From IMG/VR virus record IMGVR_UViG_3300028909_000018, positions 1 to 64,000 of that record: a DNA stretch of 64,000 bases; one strand, given 5' to 3'. This document shows positions 1-9,370 of the stretch, piece by piece (within the stretch, counting starts at the first letter, position 1; each line of letters starts with the position of its first letter). This DNA comes from a virus. The translations under genes were made by a program, and so were the position numbers. The notes below the pieces were generated by a model. The model had not been told where the DNA came from, made no database searches, and saw nothing but the letters and a program-made list of their open reading frames with translations.

Positions 1-498
1 ATTGGCGGCTGAAGTTGTACCTACAAAGGATGTGTTGTTGGCCGTCATGGTGGCGACATTAGCTGCCAATCCTGCCGTTGTCTGATAAGACGCCGCAAGG
101 ACACCACCAAGATAATTTGAATTATTGGCCGTCATGGTGGCGACGTTAGCTGCTAGGGTAGAATTTAATTGATAAGATGCAGCGGCAATTCCGCCCAGAT
201 AATTTGAATTATTAGCCGATCCGGCGACGCCTGACCAATAATCATTCGCCGTTCCACCACCAGAAGTCAGCACATAACCGGCTGTTCCAACAGAGCCGTT
301 GACAGATATATTATTTGTGACGTTCAGGTTGGTGAGGTTGGCCCCAACAGCGAAGAAGGTCGTTCCGTTGGTGGAATATAAAATTCCGTCAGGAAGATTG
401 ATGGCCAACTCACCAACATTAAGGGTTGGAATATTAGTGGAGTTTGCGACTCTTCCTGATACAGTTGTCCTTTTAATTTGAATTATTTTGTCTGTCAT
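1..498 (-). CDS. Tail fibre protein, runs off the window (5' part only)
   Basis: ATG at 498 gives MTDKIIQIKRTTVSGRVANSTNIPTLNVGELAINLPDGILYST..., a paralog of the 534..1814 N-terminus, followed by ANNSNYLGG..AASYQ repeats shared with 12046..15162. Late box at 515-521. Confidence 0.85.
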   Translation of the reverse strand, partial: MTDKIIQIKRTTVSGRVANSTNIPTLNVGELAINLPDGILYSTNGTTFFAVGANLTNLNVTNNISVNGSVGTAGYVLTSGGGTANDYWSGVAGSANNSNYLGGIAAASYQLNSTLAANVATMTANNSNYLGGVLAASYQTTAGLAANVATMTANNTSFVGTTSAAN

Positions 499-533
499 CT
501 TTTTGCCTTTTTATTATTTATTTTAATATCAGA

Positions 534-1814
534 TCAGCTACCGATTGCCGTCCAGAGAAAACTCCCTGATGAAGCATTTGATGTTATACTCGCACCAACC
601 TTTGTGAATGTACCAATATAAAAATTTGCCGAGGTTGAATTAAAACTCATTACTGATAAAGAATAACAGTTGATCGTGAAGGATATAGGGAAGCTAATCG
701 TTGATGTTATGGAACCATAAGTTAAATGGCCCCATTGCATCAAGAGACCATTTGGAAGATAGGTGTAGCCGTTGGCGGCTACACTTGAGGTTCCAAGAGT
801 GAAGGTATTTGTTCCATGTTTCAGCGCCGTAGAATTGGCAAGAAATACGGATGCAGCATTGATTGAGCCCGTCGCAAATACCGTGGCCGTATTTACCGCA
901 CCTGTGACGTTAAGGGTATTGGTGTTGGTCAAACCAGTCACGGTTTGAGAGGCAGAGTTAACTGCACCTGTGACATTAACGGCAGCGGCGTTGACCAATG
1001 TGGAGTTGGCCGTGAATGTCGATCCTACTGAAAATGTGCCGGTGTTGACGCTGGTGGCGTTGATAAGAGTATTAGGCGTTGAACTACCAATATTTAAGAC
1101 GTTTAATGTTCCTGTTCCTAGAATGTTTCCATCTATGATGGCCGTCGTGCTGTTGGCGATGAAGACGCTGATAGTTCCAAACTGGTTCCCGATGGTGTAG
1201 TTGCCTGTTCGGGATGAAAGATTCATACCAACCTGATTCGCCACGGTGACGATACCTGTTCCAACCTGAGTAATTAAGAATCTGGAGTTGACAGGCATAG
1301 TGTTAGAAATGGTGATGGTGACAGACGCAGTATTTGTACACTGAATCAATGTTCCTGAATCTGTGTTGGCCGTCGTATAGGCGGTTCCGGTCTGGGTTGT
1401 GGTCTGAAGCAATGTTGATTTAACAGCGCCATTTACAGTAAGAACGTTGGATGAATAGTTGAACGTCAGGGCAGCAGACCCACCAAAACTTCCACTTTCA
1501 TTAATTTGTAGTTGGGTATCCGATCCTCCGGGACTTGCAGATACGGTTCCCCAATAATCATTTGCCGTCCCACCACCAGAGAGAAGCGCCTGACCGGCTG
1601 TTCCGACAGCGCCATTGACGGTGATCTGGTTTGTAACGTTAAGGTTGGTGAGGTTGGCTCCAATAGTGAAGAAGGTCGTTCCGTTGGTGGAATAAAGAAT
1701 ACCATCAGGAAGATTGAGGGCTAACTCACCGATGTTGAGGGTAGGCGTGTTGGTTGAATTTGCAGGCCTTCCTGATACTGTTGTTTTCTTGATCTGAATT
1801 ACGTTGTTTGCCAT
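534..1814 (-). CDS. Tail fibre / receptor-binding protein (Mtd_N-like start, gp53-like C-terminal tip)
   Basis: N-terminal IQIK..GELALN.PDG.LY motif; C-terminal NGYTYLPNGLLMQWG typical of fibre tip domains. Confidence 0.8.
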   Translation of the reverse strand: MANNVIQIKKTTVSGRPANSTNTPTLNIGELALNLPDGILYSTNGTTFFTIGANLTNLNVTNQITVNGAVGTAGQALLSGGGTANDYWGTVSASPGGSDTQLQINESGSFGGSAALTFNYSSNVLTVNGAVKSTLLQTTTQTGTAYTTANTDSGTLIQCTNTASVTITISNTMPVNSRFLITQVGTGIVTVANQVGMNLSSRTGNYTIGNQFGTISVFIANSTTAIIDGNILGTGTLNVLNIGSSTPNTLINATSVNTGTFSVGSTFTANSTLVNAAAVNVTGAVNSASQTVTGLTNTNTLNVTGAVNTATVFATGSINAASVFLANSTALKHGTNTFTLGTSSVAANGYTYLPNGLLMQWGHLTYGSITSTISFPISFTINCYSLSVMSFNSTSANFYIGTFTKVGASITSNASSGSFLWTAIGS

Positions 1815-1823
1815 ATGTTTGCC

Positions 1824-2588
1824 TTAGATTTGTAAGAATAAGAACATGTTTGCAATATAGTCATCATTATATTGGTACGGTGGGGTTTCGATGGCGTCAC
1901 CAATGGCCGTCCATGTTTGAACACTAGTTCCACCCGCGACACTTAGACCACTCTGAGCCCCTGTCCCTGTATAGGATTTATATTCTATGAGTAATTCATT
2001 TGTGGAGGACCCCGTGTTGTCGAGGTTGGAGCCGATCAATGTCATGCCTGTCCCTACACTCTGCGACGTGCCGAAGCTATCTGTATGCATAAACCCAAAT
2101 ACCAAGGCATCAGTATTTGTGGCGATACCCGTTACGGTGGGATAACTAGAACCTGATGACAGATAAGCCGTGGCGGGAAGGGAAACATTTTTTGACCAGA
2201 CAGGATAACTTACACCATCATAGTTGACACCAAAGGCAATGCCGTCTCCAATATCGTAGCTTAGACCAGACCATGTGACAGTAATTATTCCAACTGCACC
2301 CGATGTTGCCTTTTGAGCACTCCAAATTTCGAGAGAAGTGTATTCTTTGCCAAAGAACCCTACCACATCATCCATGTAGAGAGCACTACGGCGTGTAAAT
2401 GTAAGGCCCGTTGCTGTCACGTTAGAGACAACACAATGCCCAAGGGTCGTGCATTCTATGCCGATAACAACGACGATCAGGTCATTATTATACGACGTTA
2501 TAAATGAAGGTATTGTGCCGGTGCCACTTCCCCATCCGGTGGTATAATTACCACCAAACGTAGAAATGCCGTCAATTGTTAGCGCCAT
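1824..2588 (-). CDS. Putative virion-associated beta-rich protein
   Basis: 254 aa, T/G/S-rich, inside the fibre cluster. Confidence 0.55.
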   Translation of the reverse strand: MALTIDGISTFGGNYTTGWGSGTGTIPSFITSYNNDLIVVVIGIECTTLGHCVVSNVTATGLTFTRRSALYMDDVVGFFGKEYTSLEIWSAQKATSGAVGIITVTWSGLSYDIGDGIAFGVNYDGVSYPVWSKNVSLPATAYLSSGSSYPTVTGIATNTDALVFGFMHTDSFGTSQSVGTGMTLIGSNLDNTGSSTNELLIEYKSYTGTGAQSGLSVAGGTSVQTWTAIGDAIETPPYQYNDDYIANMFLFLQI

Positions 2589-2635
2589 ATATAGACCTTT
2601 TCAAAACTCTAGTATATACTAGGTATGTTTAAACA

Positions 2636-2857
2636 TTAAAATTCAGTAGAAGTATGTACTTCTTTTTTATTCTTTTTATTTATCTTTTCTTCTAGGTCGG
2701 ATAGACGTTTCTTCAAATCATTGTTTTCATTTTGTAAGGTCTGGACTAGCTGATTTGAAATCTCGGCCTGAGTCTGTGACATTATATCCTTCTTGATATA
2801 ATCCACGAGAGCCGCCATCGTCTTTTCGATGTAGGTATTGATAAAGATTTGATCCAA
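2636..2857 (-). CDS. Small coiled-coil hypothetical protein
   Basis: 73 aa with a heptad pattern, abuts the upstream gene. Confidence 0.6.
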   Translation of the reverse strand: MDQIFINTYIEKTMAALVDYIKKDIMSQTQAEISNQLVQTLQNENNDLKKRLSDLEEKINKKNKKEVHTSTEF

Positions 2858-2858
2858 G

Positions 2859-3545
2859 TTATATTCCTTTTCTTCTCTTCCACGCTTCCTTTAATTTATT
2901 TATTTGATCTTCATACATCTTTTTACCCTTATTTACAGGAGTCTGTCCCTTCTTATATTTTCTGATTTTTTCCTTTGTTTCTTCTGTGTGTGTTCCCGTA
3001 AATCCTTTATAAAATCCTTCAACATTTCTTCTCTTCATTTGTTTTTCTTGATACTCTGGATCATTCCATAAGTCTTTGGATTTTTGACGGCGCATTTCTC
3101 TTTGTTCTTCATTTTCAAATTGGATTTTGTTGGCTTTCCTAATTTTTTCTTTAGTTTCATCTGTCATAACTTTACCGATATTCCATGATCCCCAATTTGG
3201 ATCGTCTCTATGGGAAAGAGATATTTTATCGCCTACAGTTTTTACCTTGTCGGGGTACATTGTCCAATGTCCAACAGTTACGTGTAGGTTATAATATTTA
3301 TGACGTATTTCTTCTGGTTTTATTAAATTTAACCATTCTTGTTCTTTAAGAAATGTGTCAGTTTTGTTCGTGTATACACGAGATAATATACGTCTTTTGA
3401 AATCCTCTGGTCGGTGTTTGTATGCCTGCTTCATCCAAGATGAAGAACACACATATCCATCATCTTCCGATCCCCAATGACAGCCAATATAATAACGACC
3501 GTGCTTATGGTCTCTCCAAATGTAAACGAATCCGTATTTAGACAT
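2859..3545 (-). CDS. Free-standing GIY-YIG homing endonuclease (Seg-like) with NUMOD3-type repeats
   Basis: GFVY...YYIGCH..YVCSS N-terminus; TDETKEKIR and HTEETKEKIR repeats; lower GC than the flanks. Confidence 0.9.
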   Translation of the reverse strand: MSKYGFVYIWRDHKHGRYYIGCHWGSEDDGYVCSSSWMKQAYKHRPEDFKRRILSRVYTNKTDTFLKEQEWLNLIKPEEIRHKYYNLHVTVGHWTMYPDKVKTVGDKISLSHRDDPNWGSWNIGKVMTDETKEKIRKANKIQFENEEQREMRRQKSKDLWNDPEYQEKQMKRRNVEGFYKGFTGTHTEETKEKIRKYKKGQTPVNKGKKMYEDQINKLKEAWKRRKGI

Positions 3546-3549
3546 AAAA

Positions 3550-3583
3550 AAATACTCCTAAAGTTGCCTCTAGGAGTATTTAT
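3550..3583 (-). promoter_or_regulatory. RBS-sequestering hairpin with an embedded late promoter for the endonuclease
   Basis: 11-bp inverted repeat 3550-3560/3571-3581 covers the TAGGAG RBS; ATAAATA at 3577-3583 overlaps the 5' arm. Confidence 0.75.
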
Positions 3584-3599
3584 TAGAAAAGTATTCGTT

Positions 3600-4994
3600 T
3601 CAAAAACTTCCGCCGTCGAGAGAGCCGTAAGCAGGAAGGTTATTGGTGATTTGGAGCACCTGACCGTTGGCGGCGACGGATAGTCTCGTCAGCGCGGTAG
3701 GAGAGGCCGTGGCGGCATAAAGAATGTCACCAGCAGCATACGCAGACCCAAGCACACCAGTACCACCAGAAGTCGCCAAAAGCGCCGTGGTGAGGGTGAG
3801 AGAGTTGGCGATGATAGGCACCGCGAAGGTTGAGTTGGCCGTGATCGAAAGCTGGGTAGCGTTGGAGACTAGGGCATTATTCGAGGCGTAGAGGAATCCA
3901 GAAACCGTTAGATTCGAGGAAACGACCGTGTTTGTTCCACCGAAGATATTATTACCTGTGAAGGTGTAATTTCCCGTAGACGCCAGATAAGACGCCGCAG
4001 CGACACCACCAAGATAAGCCGCATTATTTGCCGATCCTGTATAGGTTGTGGAGTTTATCGTCGCATTGACTGTTGAGTTACCAAAGAACACCGCAGAAGA
4101 ATTGATGACGGTATTTGTGTTGACGCCGATCCATGCATCTGATAAAGCACTACCTGTCGTGTAGACTGTGCTGTTTCCAGAAACGAAGATGGTAGAATTA
4201 ACGACAGTGTTGACGGTGGAGTTACCGATGATGAATGATGTGGCGTTGATGAAGGCGTTTGAATATGTGTTGACGGTGGAGTTACCATTCCAGTAATTGA
4301 TCGAGAGAGAATTACCATTGATGATAGAATTGGCCGTCGTGTTGACGGTTCCTGAGACAACGACGTTGGCAAGAATGGTCAGTCCTGTGGTGTTGAAACC
4401 TAGGTTGGAGCCTACATTACCTGATGTTGTCGCGAATATCGTGGCCGTATTGACAGCACCGATGACGTTAATTGCCGCGACATTGGCGAGAGTTGAGTTG
4501 GCCGTGAAGGTTCCGACGACGATGGTGTTGGCGATAGTGACGGTATTTGTGGCGGGAACATAGATGAAACCAGCGTTACCAGAAAGAACACCGGCATTAT
4601 TAAACTGGACCTGAGTGGTTGAACCGGCGACGCCTGATGTAGGCGTAGCCCAATAGGCGTTGGCGGCAGCACCACCAGAAGTCAGAACATAACCGGCTGT
4701 TCCTGCGCCGCCGTTGGCCGAAATAACGCCGGAAGTGGTGGCGTTGCCCTGAAGGGTTAAAGTTCCTGTGACAAGATTATTGATGCCGGAAGTCGCATTC
4801 GCCACCAACATCGCATTGGCGGTAAGAATACCGGGATACATCTTACCACCGATAGGAATTACTGGTGTTCCTGTGGCGGGAGAACCGATGTAGAGAACGT
4901 CACCGTTCGAAGTATAGGCAAGTTGTCCATTCGCCAAGGAACCCGGTGTTGCCGTCGTATTAGAACGTAAGATTTGGATTAGATTATTTGCCAC
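3600..4994 (-). CDS. Tail fibre-like protein (GTG start)
   Basis: N-terminal IQILRS...GQLAYT..GDVLYIG, GNSTVN repeats, ends LDGGSF; GGGAG RBS and late box 5016-5022. Confidence 0.8.
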   Translation of the reverse strand: MANNLIQILRSNTTATPGSLANGQLAYTSNGDVLYIGSPATGTPVIPIGGKMYPGILTANAMLVANATSGINNLVTGTLTLQGNATTSGVISANGGAGTAGYVLTSGGAAANAYWATPTSGVAGSTTQVQFNNAGVLSGNAGFIYVPATNTVTIANTIVVGTFTANSTLANVAAINVIGAVNTATIFATTSGNVGSNLGFNTTGLTILANVVVSGTVNTTANSIINGNSLSINYWNGNSTVNTYSNAFINATSFIIGNSTVNTVVNSTIFVSGNSTVYTTGSALSDAWIGVNTNTVINSSAVFFGNSTVNATINSTTYTGSANNAAYLGGVAAASYLASTGNYTFTGNNIFGGTNTVVSSNLTVSGFLYASNNALVSNATQLSITANSTFAVPIIANSLTLTTALLATSGGTGVLGSAYAAGDILYAATASPTALTRLSVAANGQVLQITNNLPAYGSLDGGSF

Positions 4995-5034
4995 AGTTTA
5001 TCTCCCTTTTTTTATTATTTATTTAAAAGGATAT

Positions 5035-5280
5035 TTAGAAGCCTCCGTCGTCAATGTCTGAAATAGATATCGTCAGCGTTGAAAGAACAGATTGAAGATA
5101 GGTGTTGGAAACAATATTATTTCCTTCGATCAACGTAAGGTTATAACCAAAAGTATTTGTATTACTCATGAATGTGTTGGAGGCTGCATTTGTCAGATAT
5201 CCGTTGGTGATAATATAATCTGTCTCGCCCTCGGAGAGGGTCACATTATTTGATACGACAATTATACTGGCAACCATCAT
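5035..5280 (-). CDS. Small virion-associated protein
   Basis: 81 aa ending DIDDGGF; late box at 5295-5301. Confidence 0.55.
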   Translation of the reverse strand: MMVASIIVVSNNVTLSEGETDYIITNGYLTNAASNTFMSNTNTFGYNLTLIEGNNIVSNTYLQSVLSTLTISISDIDDGGF

Positions 5281-5289
5281 CTTCCCTTT

Positions 5290-6045
5290 TTAATTATTTA
5301 TGGTTGGCATTGATATGGAATTTGGAATGATGTTGGTGAATGGCGCGGAAGGTAAATCATCCATGCCAAACATTTTAAAACTATCTTCTGAGGGGGTGCT
5401 TCCGCCCCATGTAGAGAGGGCCACGTTGGCAAAGTTGATGACGGGGCTAGTCTTCTGAGGTCCATAAAAGTTTCCCTTCAGCGTGAATCCTAGATGCCAC
5501 ACGATGATTTCTCGATCTGCCAGCTTTTCATTGTCCTCATCATTAAGAGCCACACCATCAAGGATGATGGGAACGTCGAGAGAAGGCATACCGGCGAAGA
5601 GAACCGCCCTTATCGTGAAGTCAGGCGTGAAGAAGGGAACAATCTGCTCGATGATCTTGGTGCCATCCGCGTTATTTTTCACATAGACATAAAGGTTGAA
5701 ACGAACATCATAGGGAACGGAATTATAGTAGCTGACGGTCGTGTTGGATAAATTAAAAGAATTCTTCCCCATGGTGTTGAATTTTCTGTTGATATCATAC
5801 TTGATGTCTTCAATCTCAAATGAGATGGCCGGAAGGATGATGGCGTCTTCTCGATTGATGCTGGGATCAGAAAGCACTCTGGTCAGCATCTTTTCCTTCT
5901 TCGAATATTGAAGAGGGACGTTGACAATCTGGGTCAGATTTCCGTTGGTGTCTGTTCTATTAATCACGAGGTCGTTGAACATCGACCCGAAGATAACGAT
6001 GTACTTTCTAATTGTGTTATAATAGAAGTAATCCTGATTTAGAAT
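5290..6045 (-). CDS. gp15: Tail sheath stabilizer / tail terminator gp15 (predicted ATT start)
   Basis: The in-frame extension LNQDYFYYNTIRKYIVIFGSMFND matches gp15 N-termini; VPLQYSKKEK, LPAISFE and QIVPFFTP motifs; AAGGAG 8 nt before ATT at 6045. Confidence 0.88.
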   Translation of the reverse strand: MLNQDYFYYNTIRKYIVIFGSMFNDLVINRTDTNGNLTQIVNVPLQYSKKEKMLTRVLSDPSINREDAIILPAISFEIEDIKYDINRKFNTMGKNSFNLSNTTVSYYNSVPYDVRFNLYVYVKNNADGTKIIEQIVPFFTPDFTIRAVLFAGMPSLDVPIILDGVALNDEDNEKLADREIIVWHLGFTLKGNFYGPQKTSPVINFANVALSTWGGSTPSEDSFKMFGMDDLPSAPFTNIIPNSISMPTINN

Positions 6046-6057
6046 GTTTTTAACTCC

Positions 6058-6789
6058 TTAGTTCTCAAAGCCGAAGGCGTTGGTCTCCGAATTATCAGCA
6101 ATACTAATAATTTCTTTATTTAGGTCGTCATCATCGGTGATAGGATCAATATCCTCGGTGTCATATGATTTGATCGTGATTCTGTTAAGATTCTCATCGG
6201 TAAGAATCTTTCCATCTTCTGTTGTGTAGACATAATCGAAGACGTTAAGACTTGAAACATTCTGAATAGAATCAATTTCTGGGATGCCGGTGTTGAAGGT
6301 TTCGTCGGAATATTCAAACAATTCAAGCGTCATCTGATAGGTGGGAAGAACACCCAAGGGATAAAAGATTTCTTTATTATTTGTAAACCTGATCTGAAAG
6401 ACTTTTTTATTAAGTGTAAAGTAAATAAGGTCACCTTCCATGGGTCGAGGTTGGTTTGTAATCGGCTTGATGACACGATCAAAGGTTCTTGACGCCATCG
6501 ACAAGGTTATCTGATCTCGAATCTCCAGACCAAACTTGGTGAAGATATCTTTCTGACCCGAAAATCCATCGACGCTCTCGATATAAACAGGACACTGGAT
6601 CACCGTATTATACATAGACTGGTCGTCGGTTTCGTAAATTTTATCGAAGTTGACGATGTTACGAGGAATGTAATAAATCTCATGCCCGTTGATGGCGATG
6701 GCCTGCACGATCAAATCCTGATACAAGTCCTGCGTGGGCTTGTAGTCGAACTTATTAAAAAATGGGTTGAGATAGTTATCAAGTGCCAT
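6058..6789 (-). CDS. gp14: Neck protein gp14
   Basis: YYIPR, FTKFGLEIRD, RPMEGDLIY and ELFEYS motifs; gp13-gp14-gp15 synteny. Confidence 0.92.
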   Translation of the reverse strand: MALDNYLNPFFNKFDYKPTQDLYQDLIVQAIAINGHEIYYIPRNIVNFDKIYETDDQSMYNTVIQCPVYIESVDGFSGQKDIFTKFGLEIRDQITLSMASRTFDRVIKPITNQPRPMEGDLIYFTLNKKVFQIRFTNNKEIFYPLGVLPTYQMTLELFEYSDETFNTGIPEIDSIQNVSSLNVFDYVYTTEDGKILTDENLNRITIKSYDTEDIDPITDDDDLNKEIISIADNSETNAFGFEN

Positions 6790-7181
6790 TACTTATACTT
6801 CTTATCCAGATGAGGAAACGTTGCATCAGGATCGAGAGTATGTGGCTTGTTATGATCTGATCGTTCTCTCCATGTATTTGTGTTGGAAGAATGTAAGACT
6901 ACTCTGGCAGGATAACGTACTGATGCATTATCAGACGCATCCTTTTCATGATTATATGGACCCCAATATTTCTTTTCTTTAGGATGATAACAATAGAATC
7001 CATGTGGAATAGTGGTGGCAGTAGGAGCAGCAATAACCTTTGGGTTATCGGAAGGTGGTCTCATTCGATCCATCGCAGCCTTGGCAGCAGCCTTCTCTCC
7101 CGGTGTTCCCGGTCTATCATAAAGAGTCTTGACTTTATCGTATTTTTCTTGGGATTCGATGATATCTCTTAATCTTTTCAT
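6789..7181 (-). CDS. Putative head-packaged internal protein
   Basis: Leader MKRLRDIIE; PGTPGEKAAAKAAM helix resembling the DUF2786 motif; inserted between gp13 and gp14. Confidence 0.6.
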   Translation of the reverse strand: MKRLRDIIESQEKYDKVKTLYDRPGTPGEKAAAKAAMDRMRPPSDNPKVIAAPTATTIPHGFYCYHPKEKKYWGPYNHEKDASDNASVRYPARVVLHSSNTNTWRERSDHNKPHTLDPDATFPHLDKKYK

Positions 7182-7186
7182 TTAAA

Positions 7187-7921
7187 TTATCCGATCATCA
7201 TGCCAGCAGGGATCGAGAACGATCTGACCAGCTTGGCTTCCAGCATATCGATGTCGCTTCTGGCCTCATTATAGACGGTCTGGCCGTCGATCTTGCCTCC
7301 ACCCGGAAGCACCATGGGGATAATCTTTAGTACCGATCCCCAACGCTCCTTGATCTGCGCCGTGCAATAATCCTGAAGCCACTTGTCGGAGAACACGCCA
7401 GTATAAACGGCAGGGTCGAGGATGCCATAACATTCGACGCAGAGATATTCCCCTACGACAACCTGATCCCAATCCATATCAATATAAAGGATGTTGTTAT
7501 GACGATTGAAACGAATCGGCTGTTGGCCGACGAGCATCTGCTCAAGGAACTGAACATGCTCCATCACCATGTAATATGGAATCAGCGAGACGTTGGAGAT
7601 ATTATACAAATCATTTACGATGAACTGATAACGCATGTTGAACATGGAGTTTGTGTTCAGTGCATCACCGATAGGGAAAAGTCTCACGGCACCTATGATG
7701 TTGGCCGGAAGTGTGATATACTGGTTGGTGATGTCCTGTTGGCTGACGGAATATTTGTAATAAGTTTTATCCGACCCTTCCATATGGTACTGCGCATAGA
7801 GATACAGCGCCGTGTCGATGGCGTCGTCAACTTGCTGCTCGGAAACATTTATTTGAATAACGGGACTTCCAAGTTTTCTGAGGCAAAATTGGGCGAATTG
7901 TTCTCGTGATGTAGGGACCAT
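7187..7921 (-). CDS. gp13: Neck protein gp13
   Basis: CLRKLGSPVIQINV..QVDDAID, WLQDYCTA.IK..WG and LPGG..IDG motifs; late box 7943-7949. Confidence 0.93.
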   Translation of the reverse strand: MVPTSREQFAQFCLRKLGSPVIQINVSEQQVDDAIDTALYLYAQYHMEGSDKTYYKYSVSQQDITNQYITLPANIIGAVRLFPIGDALNTNSMFNMRYQFIVNDLYNISNVSLIPYYMVMEHVQFLEQMLVGQQPIRFNRHNNILYIDMDWDQVVVGEYLCVECYGILDPAVYTGVFSDKWLQDYCTAQIKERWGSVLKIIPMVLPGGGKIDGQTVYNEARSDIDMLEAKLVRSFSIPAGMMIG

Positions 7922-7970
7922 GGATATTCCTTTTATTTTATATATTTATCTTAAAGGAATATGACAAATA

Positions 7971-7998
7971 AAAAGGGGAGCCGAAGCCCCCCCCTTTT
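7971..7998 (-). terminator. Rho-independent terminator (TTCG loop)
   Basis: GGGGGGCTTCGGCTCCCCTTTT on the minus strand. Confidence 0.8.
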
Positions 7999-8020
7999 TT
8001 CATTTAGTAAAGTGATTAGA

Positions 8021-8179
8021 TCACTTACGAACAGAACCATGGCCCAGAGTAGCCGCCGTGGCAGGAGCCGTGGCAGCAGTATGACCACTGGTGCCAGTGG
8101 CGCTTCCGGTCTTCGCGACAGCAACGCCACTAAAACCAAGAGCAAGAGTGAGAGCAATAACAGTCAAAAGCTTATTCAT
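8021..8179 (-). CDS. 52-aa secreted peptide (not in the ORF track)
   Basis: MNKLLTVIALTLALGFSGVAVA-KTGSATGTSGHTAATAPATAATLGHGSVRK; AAGGAAA RBS; own promoter and terminator. Confidence 0.7.
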   Translation of the reverse strand: MNKLLTVIALTLALGFSGVAVAKTGSATGTSGHTAATAPATAATLGHGSVRK

Positions 8180-8237
8180 TTTTAGATTTCCTTTTCTTTA
8201 GTTTTCATATTTAGGAGGCCATCCCCCTATGAATTGA

Positions 8238-8266
8238 ATAATAGTCTATTATGATTTCGGTGTCAA
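8238..8266 (-). promoter_or_regulatory. sigma70-like early promoter
   Basis: TTGACA-17-TATTAT. Similar TTGAC(A/T)-16/17-TA...T elements lie near 8849, 9336, 9945, 40977, 45486, 46187 and 48538 (minus strand). Confidence 0.7.
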
Positions 8267-8277
8267 CCATTAAAATA

Positions 8278-8303
8278 AAAAAAGGGGAGCCGAAGCCCCC
8301 CTT
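8278..8303 (-). terminator. Rho-independent terminator (TTCG loop)
   Basis: GGGGGCTTCGGCTCCCCTTTTTT; near copy of 7971-7998. Confidence 0.8.
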
Positions 8304-8312
8304 AATTTTTAA

Positions 8313-8792
8313 TTAGTAAATTTTGACATCGGGTATGATCGTATCCACGTATCCATCCTCCTGATTTATGAAGACGCAGAAATTTTCTGCCTCCTTCTTC
8401 GAATCCGCCCTGTAATAACGCGCCTTGTTATTCATACGGAAGAGAACCAGTTGCGGCACGACAGGCTCCACATAGGGAGGGGTATAGGATTTGACATCAT
8501 TCGCGACATTAATTTGATCGAAGTTGTAAGCCACGATATCGCCAACGAGACGTTCAAAACCCATGATTGCATTATGATGCTCAAAGACATCCCCATAATC
8601 AGACTCAATCTTCTTGAGATGATGGAAGGACTCCACAATATTCTTGCTGTCCTTCAGCTTGAAACCGGTGATGGCGCGGAATTCCTTGATCTGGTTGATC
8701 ACATTTTTCTCGCGGGGTTGAAACTTGGCATCAACGTCGGCAGCGATTTCGTTGATCTTGGCGACGATGGCGATTTTGAAGATGGAATTCAT
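8313..8792 (-). CDS. Early protein with a ribosomal bL12 CTD-like motif
   Basis: Likely start at ATG 8792 (GGAG RBS); NQIKEFRAITGFKLKDSKNIVES. Confidence 0.6.
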   Translation of the reverse strand: MNSIFKIAIVAKINEIAADVDAKFQPREKNVINQIKEFRAITGFKLKDSKNIVESFHHLKKIESDYGDVFEHHNAIMGFERLVGDIVAYNFDQINVANDVKSYTPPYVEPVVPQLVLFRMNNKARYYRADSKKEAENFCVFINQEDGYVDTIIPDVKIY

Positions 8793-8857
8793 TTTAAATT
8801 CTCCGTTTGTTGATGTTGTGGTTATAAATGATTTGTATTGAAGTGTCAAACCTTTTT

Positions 8858-9067
8858 TTAAATTATTTCGACACTTTCGCATCGGTCGGGATAACCAATC
8901 CACTTAGGAAGACATTCCTCGAAAGTGGGGTGATATTTCCGGCTGGCGTCTCGTCCCGCCACCAACGGATAGAACTTCCATCTATAGTCGTCGTGTTGAA
9001 CCGCGACGCCAAGTTTCCCAACCGAACCATCAGAAAACTTTCTTTGAAGGCTGAAACTTTTGAACAT
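8858..9067 (-). CDS. Hypothetical early protein
   Basis: 69 aa, GGGAGAG RBS. Confidence 0.65.
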   Translation of the reverse strand: MFKSFSLQRKFSDGSVGKLGVAVQHDDYRWKFYPLVAGRDASRKYHPTFEECLPKWIGYPDRCESVEII

Positions 9068-9078
9068 GTTGCTCTCCC

Positions 9079-9279
9079 TTAACCCAGAACCTTGAATCCA
9101 TTCCAGCAGGCCATCATGAAGTCTTCACCCATGAAGTTCTTCCCGAAGATGGCAGTCCAACGGCCTTCCGGGGTACGAACGTGCAGGGAATTGAATTTGT
9201 CGAGGCCCAGCTTGGTGAGAGCCTTGTTGAGGTTTTCTTCGTTGGCGTAGGACTTGGTGGAAGACCAATCGTTGAACAT
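9079..9279 (-). CDS. Hypothetical early protein
   Basis: MFNDWSSTKSY... after a GGAG RBS and a sigma70 promoter. Confidence 0.65.
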   Translation of the reverse strand: MFNDWSSTKSYANEENLNKALTKLGLDKFNSLHVRTPEGRWTAIFGKNFMGEDFMMACWNGFKVLG

Positions 9280-9346
9280 GGTGTGTACTCCGTGGTTGAT
9301 ATTCAGAATATAAATCATTCAGATTGGTAAGTCAACACCTTTTATA

Positions 9347-9370
9347 AAAAAAAGGGGCCGAAGCCCCTTT
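9347..9370 (-). terminator. Rho-independent terminator
   Basis: AAAGGGGCTTCGGCCCCTTTTTTT. Confidence 0.8.

Noticed and set aside
2609-2622. 14-bp perfect palindrome ctagtatatactag
   Set aside because: Single AT-rich occurrence with no supporting context.
1-4994. Diversity-generating retroelement suggested by Mtd_N-like fibre N-termini
   Set aside because: No reverse transcriptase and no adenine-specific TR/VR pair seen; the repeats are coding modules.
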